Of a stretch of DNA of 51,982 nt, positions 1-10,577 are shown in pieces (positions within the stretch are counted from its first letter, which is position 1; every line of letters begins with the position of its first letter). The DNA comes from Deltaproteobacteria bacterium (GTDB lineage: Bacteria > Myxococcota_A > UBA796 > SXON01): positions 1-51,982 of the forward strand of contig VGRQ01000001.1 of assembly GCA_016875315.1 (NCBI GenBank). Direction: 5' to 3'. The position numbers were made by a program, and so were the translations under genes. The notes below the pieces were generated by a model that was not told where the DNA came from, made no database searches, and saw only the letters and a list, made by a program, of their open reading frames with translations.

Positions 1-552
1 GCGGCCGGCACGTAGGCGGCCACGGCGCGGGCCTGGTTCATCGGCGCCGGGGGCGGGATGGGACCCGGCACCTGCATCGAGGGTGGCGGCGAGGCGGCGG
101 CGCGCGGCGGGCCCAGGTTCTCCGGCACCAGCGTGGTAGTGACGTAGCTGGTCGGCGACTGCACGATCGTCGAGGCGTCCGACGGCGCCTGCATCGCGGC
201 GATGGCGCGGTCGGCGGCATCGTCCCGGGGCACGGTGGCCTCGGTGTGGGAGTTGTCGGGCGACACCTGGGTGGGGCGAGGGTCCATCGCCGCGTCGTCG
301 AGGCCCGACTGGCCCGCGTTGCTCGCCCGCATCCGCGCCTGCCGCTCCAGCTCGGCGGCGCTGGTGATGAGCGTGCGCTCCTCGGTGCTGGGGTTGGGCC
401 CGTGGGCAGCGGTTTCCTTGGCCGCCATCTCGGGCCGCCGGATGAGGATCGGGTTCCCGCACTTCCGGCACGTGGCCTTGTTCACCTCGCGGGTGAGCTT
501 GGAGTCGGGGATCTTGTAGGATGCACCGCAGTTATCGCAGACGACGCGCATG
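1..552 (-). CDS. MJ0042-type zinc-ribbon domain protein (partial; C-terminus lies outside the window)
   Basis: Absent from the ORF track because it runs off the window edge. Minus-strand ATG at 552 (cat at 550-552), open to position 1. My translation: MRVVCDNCGASYKIPDSKLTREVNKATCRKCGNPILIRRPE... It has two CxxC pairs forming a zinc ribbon, then a Pro/Ala-rich low-complexity region. Confidence 0.6.
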
Positions 553-607
553 ATTTTCGACCCGGGCGAAAAAGAACGGGCGAACCTACGGGGATCCGCC
601 TGATTTG

Positions 608-1651
608 TCAATCATCGGGGGACACGATGGACACGCTCCAGGCGTCCTCGTCGTGAACTTCAACGACCTCTGGCGGCTGGGCGAGCACGATGGCGGCGGC
701 GGTACTGCCGCCGATCACGCCCACCAGCGCCGTCCAGAACCACCAGCGCGAGGTGACGGGGCGGTCGTCGTAGCGCACCGAGCCGCTCTCCTTGATGCGC
801 ACTGGTCGCGAGGAGGTGGGCGGCGCCTCGCGCGTGGGCGCCGGGGCGACCGTGGGCGTGACCTCGTCCTCCGGCGCGGGCTCCTCCTCCTCTTCCGCCC
901 GGGCTGCGATCGACCGAGGCCCCGCGAGGCCGGCGAGCTGCGTGGCCATGATGCCCCAGGCTTCTTCCATCGAGTCGATGGGCACGCCCACCCGGTCGCT
1001 CACCTCGCGCTCGGTGCCGTCGGGCTCGAAGCTGCGCAGGCGCACGAGGCCGGTGGCGTCGATGACGCCCACCACCAGCAGGTCGGGCCCGGCCGCCCTG
1101 AAGAGATCGTCCAGCACGTCGCCATCGGGCGGTGCCCAGGCCTGGCGCGCGAGCCCCAGCTCCACCTCGGCGAGCATCTTGGTGGGTACCGGCCCCGCCG
1201 TCCCGCGCGTCCGGGTGTACCCGGGCCACGCCGCGGCCACCTTCTCGAGCTCGGCGCGCCCTTCCAGCACCCGCCCCTCGCGTAGCAGGCACTGCGCGAG
1301 AATCCAGCGAGCGTCGGCCACCTCGCCGCGTCGCGTCCACTCCGATCTCGCGATGCCGTGAAGCCGCAGCGCCTCGATGAGCGCGGAGATGGCCAGCTCG
1401 GTGTCGGCGGCCTCCCATGCCTTTCGCCCTGCCGCGTAGCGCTCGCGTGCCTTGCGGAGCTCCGTGTCGTGGCCGTCGAGCAACAGGTCGGAGAGCGCCG
1501 TCGCCGTGGGCACCTCCACCGAGCCCTCGGCGGCGAGCGCGTCGCGCAGGGCCTCCGTCGCGTCGGCGGCCACGTTTGCATCCACGCCACGCCCGTCGAG
1601 GGGCAAGAGCGCCACGGAGGCGGCGAGGGCGGGCGAGAGGCCGAGGAGCAT
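608..1651 (-). CDS. hypothetical secreted protein with a C-terminal membrane anchor
   Basis: 347-aa ORF with a balanced, non-shadow composition. N-terminal signal-like MLLGLSPALAASVALLPL, an acidic EEEEEP linker, and a C-terminal hydrophobic helix WWFWTALVGVIGGSTAAAIVLA. I recognise no family motif. Confidence 0.45.
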   Translation of the reverse strand: MLLGLSPALAASVALLPLDGRGVDANVAADATEALRDALAAEGSVEVPTATALSDLLLDGHDTELRKARERYAAGRKAWEAADTELAISALIEALRLHGIARSEWTRRGEVADARWILAQCLLREGRVLEGRAELEKVAAAWPGYTRTRGTAGPVPTKMLAEVELGLARQAWAPPDGDVLDDLFRAAGPDLLVVGVIDATGLVRLRSFEPDGTEREVSDRVGVPIDSMEEAWGIMATQLAGLAGPRSIAARAEEEEEPAPEDEVTPTVAPAPTREAPPTSSRPVRIKESGSVRYDDRPVTSRWWFWTALVGVIGGSTAAAIVLAQPPEVVEVHDEDAWSVSIVSPDD

Positions 1652-1704
1652 CTGGGGGTGAACGCCGTGGGGGCGGGGAGCTTACAACAACGGCGAGCCC
1701 CGGC

Positions 1705-4245
1705 CTACTTCCCCACCGAGTCGTCGCTGTCGGGCGGCTCGATCGTCTCGCCTGCCTCGTCGTCGCCCGGGTCGTCCACGCGGGCCAGGCCGACGATCTT
1801 CTCGTCGCCGTCGAGGCGCATCAGGCGAACGCCCTTGGTGTTGCGGCCGACGGTGCGCACGTCGCTGACCTTCATGCGGATGGCGCGGCCGGTGTCGGTG
1901 ATGAGGAACACCTGCTCGCTGTCGCCCACGATGAGGTTGCCCACCACGTGGCCGTTGCGCTCGTCGGTGACGATGTCGATGACGCCCTTACCGGCTCGGT
2001 TCTGGCAGGGGTAGAGGCCCTCGTCCTCGCCGGTGCGCCCCCCGGTGCCGAGCGGGGTGCGCTTGCCGTAGCCGCGCTCGGTGACGGTGAGGACAAAACA
2101 ACTGCTGGTGTCGGGCGGGCACACCGCGAAGTCGACCACGCTGTCGCCGTCTTCCAGCCGGATGGCCCGGACCCCGCGCGCCGCGCGCCCGAGGGGACGA
2201 AGGCTCGACTCCGGGTCTTCCGCGTTGTCGATGCGGAAACGAATCGACATGCCGTCGGCGGTGGCGAACAGGAGCTGGCTGTCGCCGCTGGCATGCACCA
2301 CGCCGAGGAGGCTGTCGCCCTCGGCCACGTCGACGGCGATGATGCCGTTGCTGCGCACGTTGCCGTAGGCGGCGAGCTCGGTGCGCTTCACGAGGCCGTT
2401 CTTGCTGGCGAAGATGAGATCGCCACCCTCGTCGAAGTCGCGAATCGGGAGCACGGTCGCGACACGCTCGCCCTCGGCGAAGGGAATGAGGTTCTGGATG
2501 GGCTTGCCGCGCGCGTTGGCGGCGGCCTCGGGGAGATCGATCACCCCGAGGTCGAACACGCGGCCGGTGTTGGTGAACACCAGCAGCCGCCCGTGGGTGT
2601 TGGCCACGAGCACGTCTTTCACGAAGTCGCCCTCGCGCGCGTTCATGCCGGTCTTTCCCATGCCGCCGCGACGCTGGGTGCGGTACTCCGAGAGCGGCGT
2701 GCGCTTGACGTACTGCTCGTGCGAGAGGGTGACGATCTGGTCTTCCTCGGCCACGAGATCGAGGCGGTTGAGGTCGGAGGCCGCCTCCTCGATGGTGGTG
2801 CGGCGGGCGTCGCCGAAGCGGCGCTTCACCTCCAGGAGCTCGGCGCGGATCACGCCCCACAGCTTCTGCTCGTCGTCGAGCAAGGACTGCAGGTACTCCA
2901 CCTGCCGCATCAGCTCGGCGTACTCTTCCTCCAGCTTGTCGCGCTCCAAGCCGGTGAGCTTGGCCAGGCGCATGTCGAGGATGGCCTGCGCCTGGAGCTC
3001 GCTCAGCCCGAAGGTCGACATGAGCCCGTCGCGCGCCTCCTCGGTGGTGCGGCTGGCGCGGATGAGCGCGATCACCGCGTCGATGTGGTCGAGCGCGATG
3101 CGCAGCCCCTCGAGGATGTGCGCGCGTTCCCGGGCCTTGCGCAGCTCGTAGCGAGTGCGCCGCACCGTGACCTCGCGGCGGTGCGACAGGAAGAGCTGGA
3201 GCATGTCGCGCAGCGGCAACACGCGCGGCCGCTGCTGGACGATCGCCAGCATGATGATGCCGAAGGTCGTCTGGAGCTGGGTGTGCTTGTAGAGGTGGTT
3301 GACCACCAGGTCGCGGATCGCGTCGCGCTTGAGCTCGATCACCACCCGCGTGCCCTCGCGGCTGGTCTCGTCTCTCAGGCCGTGGATGCCCTCGAGCCGC
3401 TTCTCGCGCACCAGCTCGGCGATGTGCTCCTGGAAACGCGCCTTGTTCACCTGGTAGGGCAGCTCCGTGACGATGATCGCCTCGCGGCCATCGATGTCTT
3501 CGTACTCCACCCGCCCGCGGATGGTGAGGCTGCCGCGCCCGGTCTCGTAGGCGTCGCGGATGCCGGCGCGCCCGCAGATGATGCCGTGGGTGGGGAAGTC
3601 GGGCCCGTGTACGTGGGCCATGAGCTGCATCGAGGTGATGTCGGGGTTGTCGATCATCGCCACGCAGCCGTCGATCACCTCGCCGAGGTTGTGGGGCGGG
3701 ATCTTGGTGGCCATGCCCACGGCGATGCCCTCGCTGCCGTTGACGAGCAGGTGGGGGAAGGCGGCGGGGAGCACGTCGGGCTCCTCGTGGCTGCCATCGA
3801 AGTTCGGGCCGAAGTCGACGGTTTCCTTGTCGATATCGGCGAGGAGTTCCTCGGCGAGCGCCGTCATGCGGCACTCGGTGTAGCGGTAGGCGGCGGCGTT
3901 GTCGCCGTCGACGCTGCCGAAGTTCCCTTGCCCGTCGACCAGCAGGTAGCGGAGGTTCCAGGGCTGGGCCATGCGCACCAGCGCGTCGTACACGGCGTTG
4001 TCGCCGTGGGGATGGTACTTCTTCAGCACCTCGCCGACCACGCCGGCACACTTGCTGTAGCGACGGTTGCTGAGCAGGCCCTCGCGGAACATCGCGTAGA
4101 GGATGCGGCGGTGTACCGGCTTGAGCCCGTCCCGCACGTCGGGCAGGGCGCGGCCGATGATGACCGACATGGAATAGTCAAGGTACGACGAGCGCATCTC
4201 GTCTTCGATCTGCACCTTGACGAGATTGCGGGCGATGGGGTCCAT
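1705..4245 (-). CDS. gyrA: DNA gyrase subunit A
   Basis: 846 aa. N-terminus ...[32 protein letters not shown]...[22 protein letters not shown]...[21 protein letters not shown] carries the catalytic Tyr region. The C-terminus has the repeated beta-pinwheel and an acidic tail. Confidence 0.97.
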   Translation of the reverse strand: MDPIARNLVKVQIEDEMRSSYLDYSMSVIIGRALPDVRDGLKPVHRRILYAMFREGLLSNRRYSKCAGVVGEVLKKYHPHGDNAVYDALVRMAQPWNLRYLLVDGQGNFGSVDGDNAAAYRYTECRMTALAEELLADIDKETVDFGPNFDGSHEEPDVLPAAFPHLLVNGSEGIAVGMATKIPPHNLGEVIDGCVAMIDNPDITSMQLMAHVHGPDFPTHGIICGRAGIRDAYETGRGSLTIRGRVEYEDIDGREAIIVTELPYQVNKARFQEHIAELVREKRLEGIHGLRDETSREGTRVVIELKRDAIRDLVVNHLYKHTQLQTTFGIIMLAIVQQRPRVLPLRDMLQLFLSHRREVTVRRTRYELRKARERAHILEGLRIALDHIDAVIALIRASRTTEEARDGLMSTFGLSELQAQAILDMRLAKLTGLERDKLEEEYAELMRQVEYLQSLLDDEQKLWGVIRAELLEVKRRFGDARRTTIEEAASDLNRLDLVAEEDQIVTLSHEQYVKRTPLSEYRTQRRGGMGKTGMNAREGDFVKDVLVANTHGRLLVFTNTGRVFDLGVIDLPEAAANARGKPIQNLIPFAEGERVATVLPIRDFDEGGDLIFASKNGLVKRTELAAYGNVRSNGIIAVDVAEGDSLLGVVHASGDSQLLFATADGMSIRFRIDNAEDPESSLRPLGRAARGVRAIRLEDGDSVVDFAVCPPDTSSCFVLTVTERGYGKRTPLGTGGRTGEDEGLYPCQNRAGKGVIDIVTDERNGHVVGNLIVGDSEQVFLITDTGRAIRMKVSDVRTVGRNTKGVRLMRLDGDEKIVGLARVDDPGDDEAGETIEPPDSDDSVGK

Positions 4246-4321
4246 CTGGCGGGGTCCGGAAGCCCCGGCTTCTAACCCACCGTGAATGGCGGGCCGCCTC
4301 GCGCGTAGCTATTGACTCCTC

Positions 4322-4831
4322 ATGAAGCCGCTCCACGCCGCGCTGGTGTTTGCTGGCCTCGGTGCCGCCCTCGTCGCGGGCGGGGCCGCCTACGTGCTCT
4401 CGCTCCAGCCGGCCGGCCAGATCGAGGGCACGGTCGCGACGCCGGCGCTGAGCGGCGCGGTGTCGGCGCCTCGCCTGTCGCTGCCCCGCGAGCAGCCCTG
4501 TCTCTCGGGGCCCAGCGAGGTGGACGAGGGCGAGGAGATGGGCGTGGCCGCCTCGGCCGGCCTCGACGTCGACCAGGTGCAGGGGACGATGCGCGGCTTC
4601 TTGCCAAAGGCGCTGGATTGTTTCCGCGACGCGCCCTCGGGCACGCTGAGCGTGGAGCTCAACGTCGCCTGTTCCGGCCGGGTGACCAGCGCCCAGGTGC
4701 TCGACGATGGCGGCCTCGACGACAGCGTGGCCCGCTGCGTGACCGAGCGCCTGGCCTACGCGCCCTTCCCCGCGCACGACATGCCCGACGGCTTTTCCTT
4801 CGAGTACCCAATCCGCTACACGGCGCCGTAG
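4322..4831 (+). CDS. membrane-anchored protein with an AgmX/PglI-type (TonB-C-like) C-terminal domain
   Basis: 169 aa. N-terminal TM AALVFAGLGAALVAGGAAYVL. C-terminal pattern ...FLPKALDCFRDAPSGTLSVELNVACSGRVTSAQVL...VARCVTERLAYAPFP resembles the myxobacterial AgmX/PglI C-terminal domain. Assigned from memory. Confidence 0.5.
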   Translation: MKPLHAALVFAGLGAALVAGGAAYVLSLQPAGQIEGTVATPALSGAVSAPRLSLPREQPCLSGPSEVDEGEEMGVAASAGLDVDQVQGTMRGFLPKALDCFRDAPSGTLSVELNVACSGRVTSAQVLDDGGLDDSVARCVTERLAYAPFPAHDMPDGFSFEYPIRYTAP

Positions 4832-4852
4832 GCACGGGGATAGGGCGCGGGG

Positions 4853-5689
4853 ATGCTGATCATCCCCTTCCTCCTCGCCTGCGTCCCCAAGAAGGACTTC
4901 GACGCCCTCGCCGCCGAGCTGGCCAGCGAGAAGGCCGCCCACGCCGACACCAGCGCGAAGAAGCAGGGGGTGGAGGCCGAGCTGGCGGCCGAGTTGGAAA
5001 GACTCGCGGCCCTGCGCGAGAAGGAGGCGAAGCTCTCCGCCGATCTCGAGTCGGCCCGCAAGACCCTCGACGGTGAACGTTCGGCGTGGATCGAGGAGAA
5101 GGCGGCGTTGATGGGCGACCGCGCCCGCCTGAAGTCGAGCGTGGCCGAGATGGAGGGCGCCTTGCGCGAGGCCGCCGAGCGGCGCGCGCAGGCCGAGGCG
5201 CGGGTGGCCCAGTTCCGCGAGCTCTTGCAGAAGTTCCAGAAGCTCATCGATGCCGGGCAGCTCCGGGTGAAGATCGTCGATGGACGCATGGTGGTGGAGC
5301 TGGCCACCGACATCCTGTTTGCCAGTGGCAAGGCGGATCTCTCCGAGGCGGGCAAGACATCCCTCGCCCAGGTGGGCGCGGTGCTTGCGAGCCTGTCGGA
5401 GCGCAGCTTCCAGGTGGAGGGCCACACCGACAACGTGCCGATTCAAACCGACAAGTTCCCCTCGAACTGGGAGCTGGCCAGCGCCCGGGCCATCGTGGTG
5501 GTCAAGACCCTGGTGGCCGCCGGCGTGCCGGCCAGCCGCGTGAGCGCCGCCAGCTACGCCGACACCCGCCCCGTGGCCGACAACGCCAGCGTGGACGGCC
5601 GCGCCAGCAACCGGCGCATCGAGATCGTGGTCGTGCCCGACCTGTCACAGTTGCCGGGGTTCGAGGAGCTCAAAGCCGTCTCGAGGTAG
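4853..5689 (+). CDS. OmpA/MotB-family lipoprotein with an N-terminal coiled coil
   Basis: Lipobox MLIIPFLLAC, a long heptad-like Ala/Glu/Lys region, then an OmpA_C-like domain: ILFASGKADLSEAGKTSLAQVG...VEGHTDNVPI...SNWELASARAIVVVKTL...NRRIEIVV. Confidence 0.8.
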   Translation: MLIIPFLLACVPKKDFDALAAELASEKAAHADTSAKKQGVEAELAAELERLAALREKEAKLSADLESARKTLDGERSAWIEEKAALMGDRARLKSSVAEMEGALREAAERRAQAEARVAQFRELLQKFQKLIDAGQLRVKIVDGRMVVELATDILFASGKADLSEAGKTSLAQVGAVLASLSERSFQVEGHTDNVPIQTDKFPSNWELASARAIVVVKTLVAAGVPASRVSAASYADTRPVADNASVDGRASNRRIEIVVVPDLSQLPGFEELKAVSR

Positions 5690-5746
5690 CCAGCGGGTTG
5701 ACTCTCCCCGCCCCGGTGCCTACCCGCTCGCGCCGGAGACCTTCAC

Positions 5747-7567
5747 ATGGCCGACACCCTGCCCTTCCAAGCCGAGGTCAAGCAACTCCTCGACCTCGTG
5801 GTTCACAGCCTCTACTCCGACCGCGAGATCTTCCTCCGCGAGCTGGTGTCCAACGCGTCCGACGCCATCGACCGCGCGCGTATCCTCGGGCTCACGCGCA
5901 ACGACCTGGTGGCCGCCGAGGGCGAGCCGGCCATCGAGATCGAGGTCAACCGCGACCGCGGCGTGCTCGTGGTGAGAGACAACGGCATCGGCATGACCCG
6001 CGAGCAGGCGGTGGAGCACCTCGGGACCATCGCCCGCTCCGGCACCAGGGCCTTCGCGCAGTCGCTCAAGGAAAAGGGCGACACCGCCGACGGCCTCATC
6101 GGCCAGTTCGGCGTGGGCTTCTACGCGAGCTTCATGGTGGCCTCTCGCGTGGAGGTACACACGCGCTCGGCGGAGCCCGGCGCCGAGCCGGTGATCTGGA
6201 CCAGCGACGGCGGCGGCGAGTTCTCGGTGGAGCCCGGCAGCCGCGCCACCCGGGGGACGGCGGTGACGCTGCATTTGCGCTCCGACTGTCACGAGTTTCT
6301 CGATGGCTGGAAGATCAAGGACATCGTCAAGAAACACAGCGGCTTCGTCGCCTACCCCGTGAAGTTCGACGGGGAGCAGCTCAACGAGCCGCAGGCCCTG
6401 TGGATGCGCAGCCCCGCCGAGGTGAGCGACGACGACTACAAGGCCTTCTACATGCAGGGTCTCGGCGAGTGGGACGAGCCCTCGAGTTGGGTCCACTTCC
6501 GCGCCGAGGCGCCGCTCGAGTACCAGGCGGTGCTCTTCTTCCCCTCGCGCAAGCCCTACGATCTCGACTACCCGGATGGCAAGCGCGGGGTACGGCTCTA
6601 CCAGCGCCGGGTGCTCATCGCCGAGGCGAGCGACCAGTTCCTGCCTCGCTACCTGCGCTACGTGAAGGGGGTGATCGACGCGCCCGAGGTGTCGCTCAAC
6701 GTGTCGCGAGAGATCCTGCAGAACACGCCCGTGTTGCGCTCCATCAAGAACCAGGTGGTCAAGCGCGTGCTGCGCCGCCTGCGCGAGCTGTCGCGCGAGG
6801 ATGTCGCGACGTACACCCAGTTCTGGGAGGCCTTCGGCGCCACCCTGAAAGAAGGCGTGGCGGAAGACCGCGACAACCACGACAACCTCGTGCCGCTCTT
6901 GCGTTTCCGCACCACGGCGGGCGACGAGTGGCGCGAGCTGGCGCAGGTCAAGGCCGACATGAAGGACGGCCAGAAGGAGATCGGCTACCTCACCGGCCTC
7001 GACCTCGGCCGCCTGCGCAACTCGCCCCAGCTCGAGCGCTGGAAGAAGAAGGGATGGGAGGTGCTCTTGCTCTCCGACCCGGTAGACGAGTGGGTGGTGA
7101 TGAACCTCAACGAGTTCGACGGCGTCAAGCTCGTGAGCGTGGCCCAGGGCGACGTGGAAGCCGACGACGACCCCATCGCCGAGGAGGCCCGCAAGCAGGC
7201 CGAGCCCTTCACCGCGTGGGCCAAGGAGCTGCTCGGCGAGCTGGTGGCGGGCGTGCGTCCCAGCAAGCGCCTCACCGACAGCCCGGCCGTGCTGGTGGAC
7301 GAGGGCAACGTGAGCGCCAACCTCGAGCGCATCCTCCGGGCCGCGCGGCAGGACGGCCCGAAGGCGCGGCGGGTGCTGGAGGTCAACCCCGAGCACGCGC
7401 TGGTGAAGAAGCTGGTGGCGATGCACGCCGCTGGCGACACCGCGGGCGCCGAGCCGCTGGCGCGCTTGCTCTACGACTACGCCCAGCTCGCCGAGGGGCA
7501 CGTCGACGACGTGTCGGGGCTCACGCAGCGGCTGTCCGCGTTGATGTTGCGGGTGGCGGGGGGCTAG
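5747..7567 (+). CDS. htpG: molecular chaperone HtpG (Hsp90 family)
   Basis: 606 aa. FQAEVKQLLDLVVHSLYSDREIFLRELVSNASDAIDR ... DNGIGMT ... GQFGVGFYASFMVA are GHKL ATPase motifs typical of Hsp90. Confidence 0.95.
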   Translation: MADTLPFQAEVKQLLDLVVHSLYSDREIFLRELVSNASDAIDRARILGLTRNDLVAAEGEPAIEIEVNRDRGVLVVRDNGIGMTREQAVEHLGTIARSGTRAFAQSLKEKGDTADGLIGQFGVGFYASFMVASRVEVHTRSAEPGAEPVIWTSDGGGEFSVEPGSRATRGTAVTLHLRSDCHEFLDGWKIKDIVKKHSGFVAYPVKFDGEQLNEPQALWMRSPAEVSDDDYKAFYMQGLGEWDEPSSWVHFRAEAPLEYQAVLFFPSRKPYDLDYPDGKRGVRLYQRRVLIAEASDQFLPRYLRYVKGVIDAPEVSLNVSREILQNTPVLRSIKNQVVKRVLRRLRELSREDVATYTQFWEAFGATLKEGVAEDRDNHDNLVPLLRFRTTAGDEWRELAQVKADMKDGQKEIGYLTGLDLGRLRNSPQLERWKKKGWEVLLLSDPVDEWVVMNLNEFDGVKLVSVAQGDVEADDDPIAEEARKQAEPFTAWAKELLGELVAGVRPSKRLTDSPAVLVDEGNVSANLERILRAARQDGPKARRVLEVNPEHALVKKLVAMHAAGDTAGAEPLARLLYDYAQLAEGHVDDVSGLTQRLSALMLRVAGG

Positions 7568-9111
7568 CCCCCAACCAGGTGCATGGTCCGCCCCTCGCTC
7601 ACGACGGTCTCGGTCCACATCCGCTGGTCCCAGGTTCGTCCCGGGCGCTGGTCGAAGATGAATAGCCAGCCCTCGGTCTCGCCGAGACTCGCGAGGTAAC
7701 GCCCGATCTGGGTCAGCCCTTTCTCGCGAATCCGCTCGAGACTGTCGCGACCGGCACGCACGCGCTTGATCTCGACGACGAACCGCTCGCCACCGAAATG
7801 CACGACGAGGTCGACCGCGCCGCGCCCGGCGGCGAACTCCCGCTCCACGCGCCCGCCGCCATTGACCACGCGCTGGAGGAAGCCCATCACCGCCACGTGC
7901 GCCACCGCCTCGGGGTATCCCGGAACCGTTTCACCGAGGAACTCGCCGTTGTCGCGCCACCACTCGCGGAAGGCCGCCACCAGCGCCGGGAAATCGAGCT
8001 TGCCCGGGGCACGTTCCCAGGGCCACCACGGCAGGGGCGCGTTCTCCTGCATGTTGTACGACACCTCGCGGGCCAACACTTCCCGGTAGATGGGGTTGGC
8101 GGGCTCGGCGCCGGCGCGGGCGCGTCGCAAGAGGCCCAGGTCGATCGTGTACTGGAAGTCGTCGTGACCGTAGTCGATGGCCTCGTCGCCGAGGAGCACC
8201 GCCTGCACGACGCGCGCCACGCGGGGCTCGCGGAGCCGCTGAGCCAGGGCGTCGAGGTGCGTGGTGCGCGAGAGCACCAGGCGCTCCTTGGCCTCGTCGA
8301 TGTGCCCGGCCTCGATCACCACGGAGCGGTCGGTCGCGAGCACGTCGACACAGGTGGCGGCGAGCTTGTTCACGAGGAAGGGCTGCCCTTGTGTCCAGTA
8401 GAAGCCCCGGGCCACGGCCGCTGGCGCGAACGGCTGGCCGGTGTCGGCGGTGTGCTGCGCGTAGAGCTCACCCACCTCCGCCTCGGTGAAGTTGCGCAGG
8501 GTGATCGACTCGCTCTTGATGTTGAAGGGCGAGCCTGGGTTCACGGGCACGCCGTCCTTCGAGGCCGTGAGGTAGTCGCGGAGGTCGCGCATGCCAACGA
8601 GCGCGACGGACGCGGGAAATCCGCCGGGCCGGTCGGGAAAGCCCGAGCGGAGCTGGCGCAGGAGGTTCACCATGGGCACGCCGGTGACGACGTCGGCCTC
8701 GTCGAGGAACAACACCAGCGAGCGTGGCGCGACAGCGCTGGCCCAGGCCTGGAACCACGCCGCGAGTCGCGTGCCGGGCGCGGCCCCAGGGGGCGCAGGT
8801 GGGCGGTCGCCGGGGGGTAGATGTGCGGCCGACCAGGCGATCGCGCTGATCCAGCGGGCCTCCGCCGCGGCCACGTCGGCTTCCTCCTGGCTCGCTTCCA
8901 GCGTGGTGTGCAGCGCCACCATGCCTTTCCCGCGCAGTCGCGCGGCCAGCGCCCGCATCGCCGTCGTCTTGCCCGTCTGCCGGGCGGCGTGAATCACGAA
9001 GTACTGCGCGCGCTCCACCAGCGGCAGGAGGTCGGGCAACCGGCTCTCGGGCGGCAGCATGTAGTGCCGTTCGGGGTCGCAGGGACCGGTGGTGTTGAAG
9101 AAGCGGCGCAT
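7564..9111 (-). CDS. AAA-ATPase-like protein with a C-terminal PD-(D/E)XK nuclease-like domain
   Basis: 515 aa. MRRFFNTTGPCDPERHYMLP... then Walker A-like HAARQTGKTT and Walker B-like LVLFLDEAD. The C-terminus GRGAVDLVVHFGGERFVVEIKR fits a D...E-x-K nuclease core. Its 3' end overlaps the htpG 3' end by 4 nt. Confidence 0.7.
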   Translation of the reverse strand: MRRFFNTTGPCDPERHYMLPPESRLPDLLPLVERAQYFVIHAARQTGKTTAMRALAARLRGKGMVALHTTLEASQEEADVAAAEARWISAIAWSAAHLPPGDRPPAPPGAAPGTRLAAWFQAWASAVAPRSLVLFLDEADVVTGVPMVNLLRQLRSGFPDRPGGFPASVALVGMRDLRDYLTASKDGVPVNPGSPFNIKSESITLRNFTEAEVGELYAQHTADTGQPFAPAAVARGFYWTQGQPFLVNKLAATCVDVLATDRSVVIEAGHIDEAKERLVLSRTTHLDALAQRLREPRVARVVQAVLLGDEAIDYGHDDFQYTIDLGLLRRARAGAEPANPIYREVLAREVSYNMQENAPLPWWPWERAPGKLDFPALVAAFREWWRDNGEFLGETVPGYPEAVAHVAVMGFLQRVVNGGGRVEREFAAGRGAVDLVVHFGGERFVVEIKRVRAGRDSLERIREKGLTQIGRYLASLGETEGWLFIFDQRPGRTWDQRMWTETVVSEGRTMHLVGG

Positions 9112-9177
9112 GGGGGGCTCCAGGTGCCGTATAGCGCCTCACCGCCAAACGGGTGAAAGGGCCGGCCCGGAGACGTC

Positions 9178-10299
9178 ATGCGCATCGGAGTCGTGCGGGA
9201 AACTCGGGCCGACGAGCGGCGAGTCGCCGCCACGCCCGAGACCGCCAAGAAGCTGATCGGCAAGGGGCACGAGCTCCTCGTCGAGAACGGGGCAGGTTCG
9301 GCCTGCTCGATCCCCGACGCCGAGTTCGTGGCTGCCGGGGCGAAGGTGGTCGCGTCTGCCGAGGCCTGGGGCGCCGACATGGTGCTCAAGGTGCAGAAGC
9401 CCACCGCCGAGGAAGCGGCCGGCCTGCGCGAGGGCGCGGTCGTCGTGAGCTTCGTGTACCCAGGCGGCGACGACGAGCTCGCGGCCGTGCTGCGCCAGAA
9501 GAAGGCCACGGTGTTCGCGATGGAGGCCGTCCCGCGCATCAGCCGTGCGCAGACGATGGACGCCCTCTCCTCGATGGCCAACATCGCCGGCTACCGCGCC
9601 GTGATCGAGGCCAGCTACATCTTCCCTCGCTACCTGCCGCTGTTGATGACCGCCGCCGGGCGGGTGCCCCCGGCGCAGGTGCTGGTGGTCGGCGCCGGCG
9701 TGGCCGGTCTCTCCGCTATCGCGACGGCGAAGCGCCTCGGCGCGGTGGTGAAGGCCTTCGACACCCGCCCCGCCGTGAAAGACCAGGTGAAGTCGGTGGG
9801 CGGCGAGTTCCTCCAGCTCGACGCGACGCAGGCCGACGCGGAAGACAAGGGCGGCTACGCCCGCGCTGCGAGCGAGGAGATGCTCGGCAAGATCCGGGCC
9901 CTGCTCCACGACGCCGCCGTGCAGAGCGACATCGTCATCACCACCGCGCTCGTGGGCGGGCGCACCGCGCCGCGGCTCATCGAGGCGCACACGGTGGAGC
10001 AGATGAAGCCCGGCAGTGTCGTCGTCGACCTCGCGGTGGAGGGCGGCGGCAACGTGGCATGCACGCGGCGCGGCGAGGCGGTGGAGGTCAACGGCACCAC
10101 CGTCATCGGCTACACCAACCTCGCCGGGCGCATGCCCTTCGATGCCTCGCGGCTCTACGCCCGCAACATCCTCAACCTCCTGGTGCACATGCACGGCAAG
10201 GAGGGCTTCAACATCGACCTCGCCGACGAGATCACCGGCCCCGTGAGCATCATGCACGGGGGCGAGGGGCGCGTCGACGCCTGGAAGGGAGCCAACTGA
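9178..10299 (+). CDS. pntAA: NAD(P) transhydrogenase subunit alpha, part 1 (dI domain)
   Basis: 373 aa. [40 protein letters not shown]... plus the Rossmann motif [22 protein letters not shown]. Alanine dehydrogenase/PNT family. Confidence 0.9.
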   Translation: MRIGVVRETRADERRVAATPETAKKLIGKGHELLVENGAGSACSIPDAEFVAAGAKVVASAEAWGADMVLKVQKPTAEEAAGLREGAVVVSFVYPGGDDELAAVLRQKKATVFAMEAVPRISRAQTMDALSSMANIAGYRAVIEASYIFPRYLPLLMTAAGRVPPAQVLVVGAGVAGLSAIATAKRLGAVVKAFDTRPAVKDQVKSVGGEFLQLDATQADAEDKGGYARAASEEMLGKIRALLHDAAVQSDIVITTALVGGRTAPRLIEAHTVEQMKPGSVVVDLAVEGGGNVACTRRGEAVEVNGTTVIGYTNLAGRMPFDASRLYARNILNLLVHMHGKEGFNIDLADEITGPVSIMHGGEGRVDAWKGAN

Positions 10300-10577
10300 T
10301 GGAAGCCTTTGTCCAGCACCTCACCGTCTTCGTGCTCGCCTGCTTCGTGGGCTACCAGGTGGTGTGGAAGGTCACCCCGGCCTTGCACACGCCGCTGATG
10401 AGTGTCACCAACGCCATCAGCGGCATCATCGTGGTGGGCGCGATGTTGTCGCTCTCGCCCGAGCTCAGCTCGGCGCAGACCATCCTCGCGGCGATTGCCA
10501 TCTTCGTGGCCAGCATCAACGTGGCGGGTGGATTCCTCGTCACCCAGCGCATGCTCGGCATGTTCAGGAAGAAGTGA
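10299..10577 (+). CDS. pntAB: NAD(P) transhydrogenase subunit alpha, part 2 (membrane)
   Basis: ATG at 10299 overlaps the pntAA TGA by 1 nt. 92 aa: [48 protein letters not shown]...[14 protein letters not shown]. It is the tail of track ORF 9153..10577. Confidence 0.85.
   Translation: MEAFVQHLTVFVLACFVGYQVVWKVTPALHTPLMSVTNAISGIIVVGAMLSLSPELSSAQTILAAIAIFVASINVAGGFLVTQRMLGMFRKK

Noticed and set aside
1417-4275. 952-aa plus-strand ORF covering the whole gyrA region
   Set aside because: It is antisense to an unmistakable gyrA. Its composition is extreme Ala/Gly/Val/Asp/His/Arg-rich, typical of a GC-rich shadow frame, and it has no recognisable motifs.
5698-5746. Possible heat-shock (sigma-32-like) promoter upstream of htpG (TTGACT at 5698-5703, CCTACCCGC downstream)
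   Set aside because: The match to the sigma-32 consensus, as I remember it, is poor and the spacing is ambiguous. The support is insufficient to annotate it.
5086-7665. 859-aa plus-strand and 632-aa minus-strand (5720..7618) ORFs over htpG
   Set aside because: These are alternative and antisense frames of htpG with Arg/Gly/Pro-rich composition. htpG itself carries the diagnostic GHKL motifs.
9153-10577. 474-aa plus-strand ORF overlapping pntAA
   Set aside because: Only its last 92 codons (pntAB, from 10299) are credible. The rest is an Arg/Gly-rich alternative frame of pntAA.
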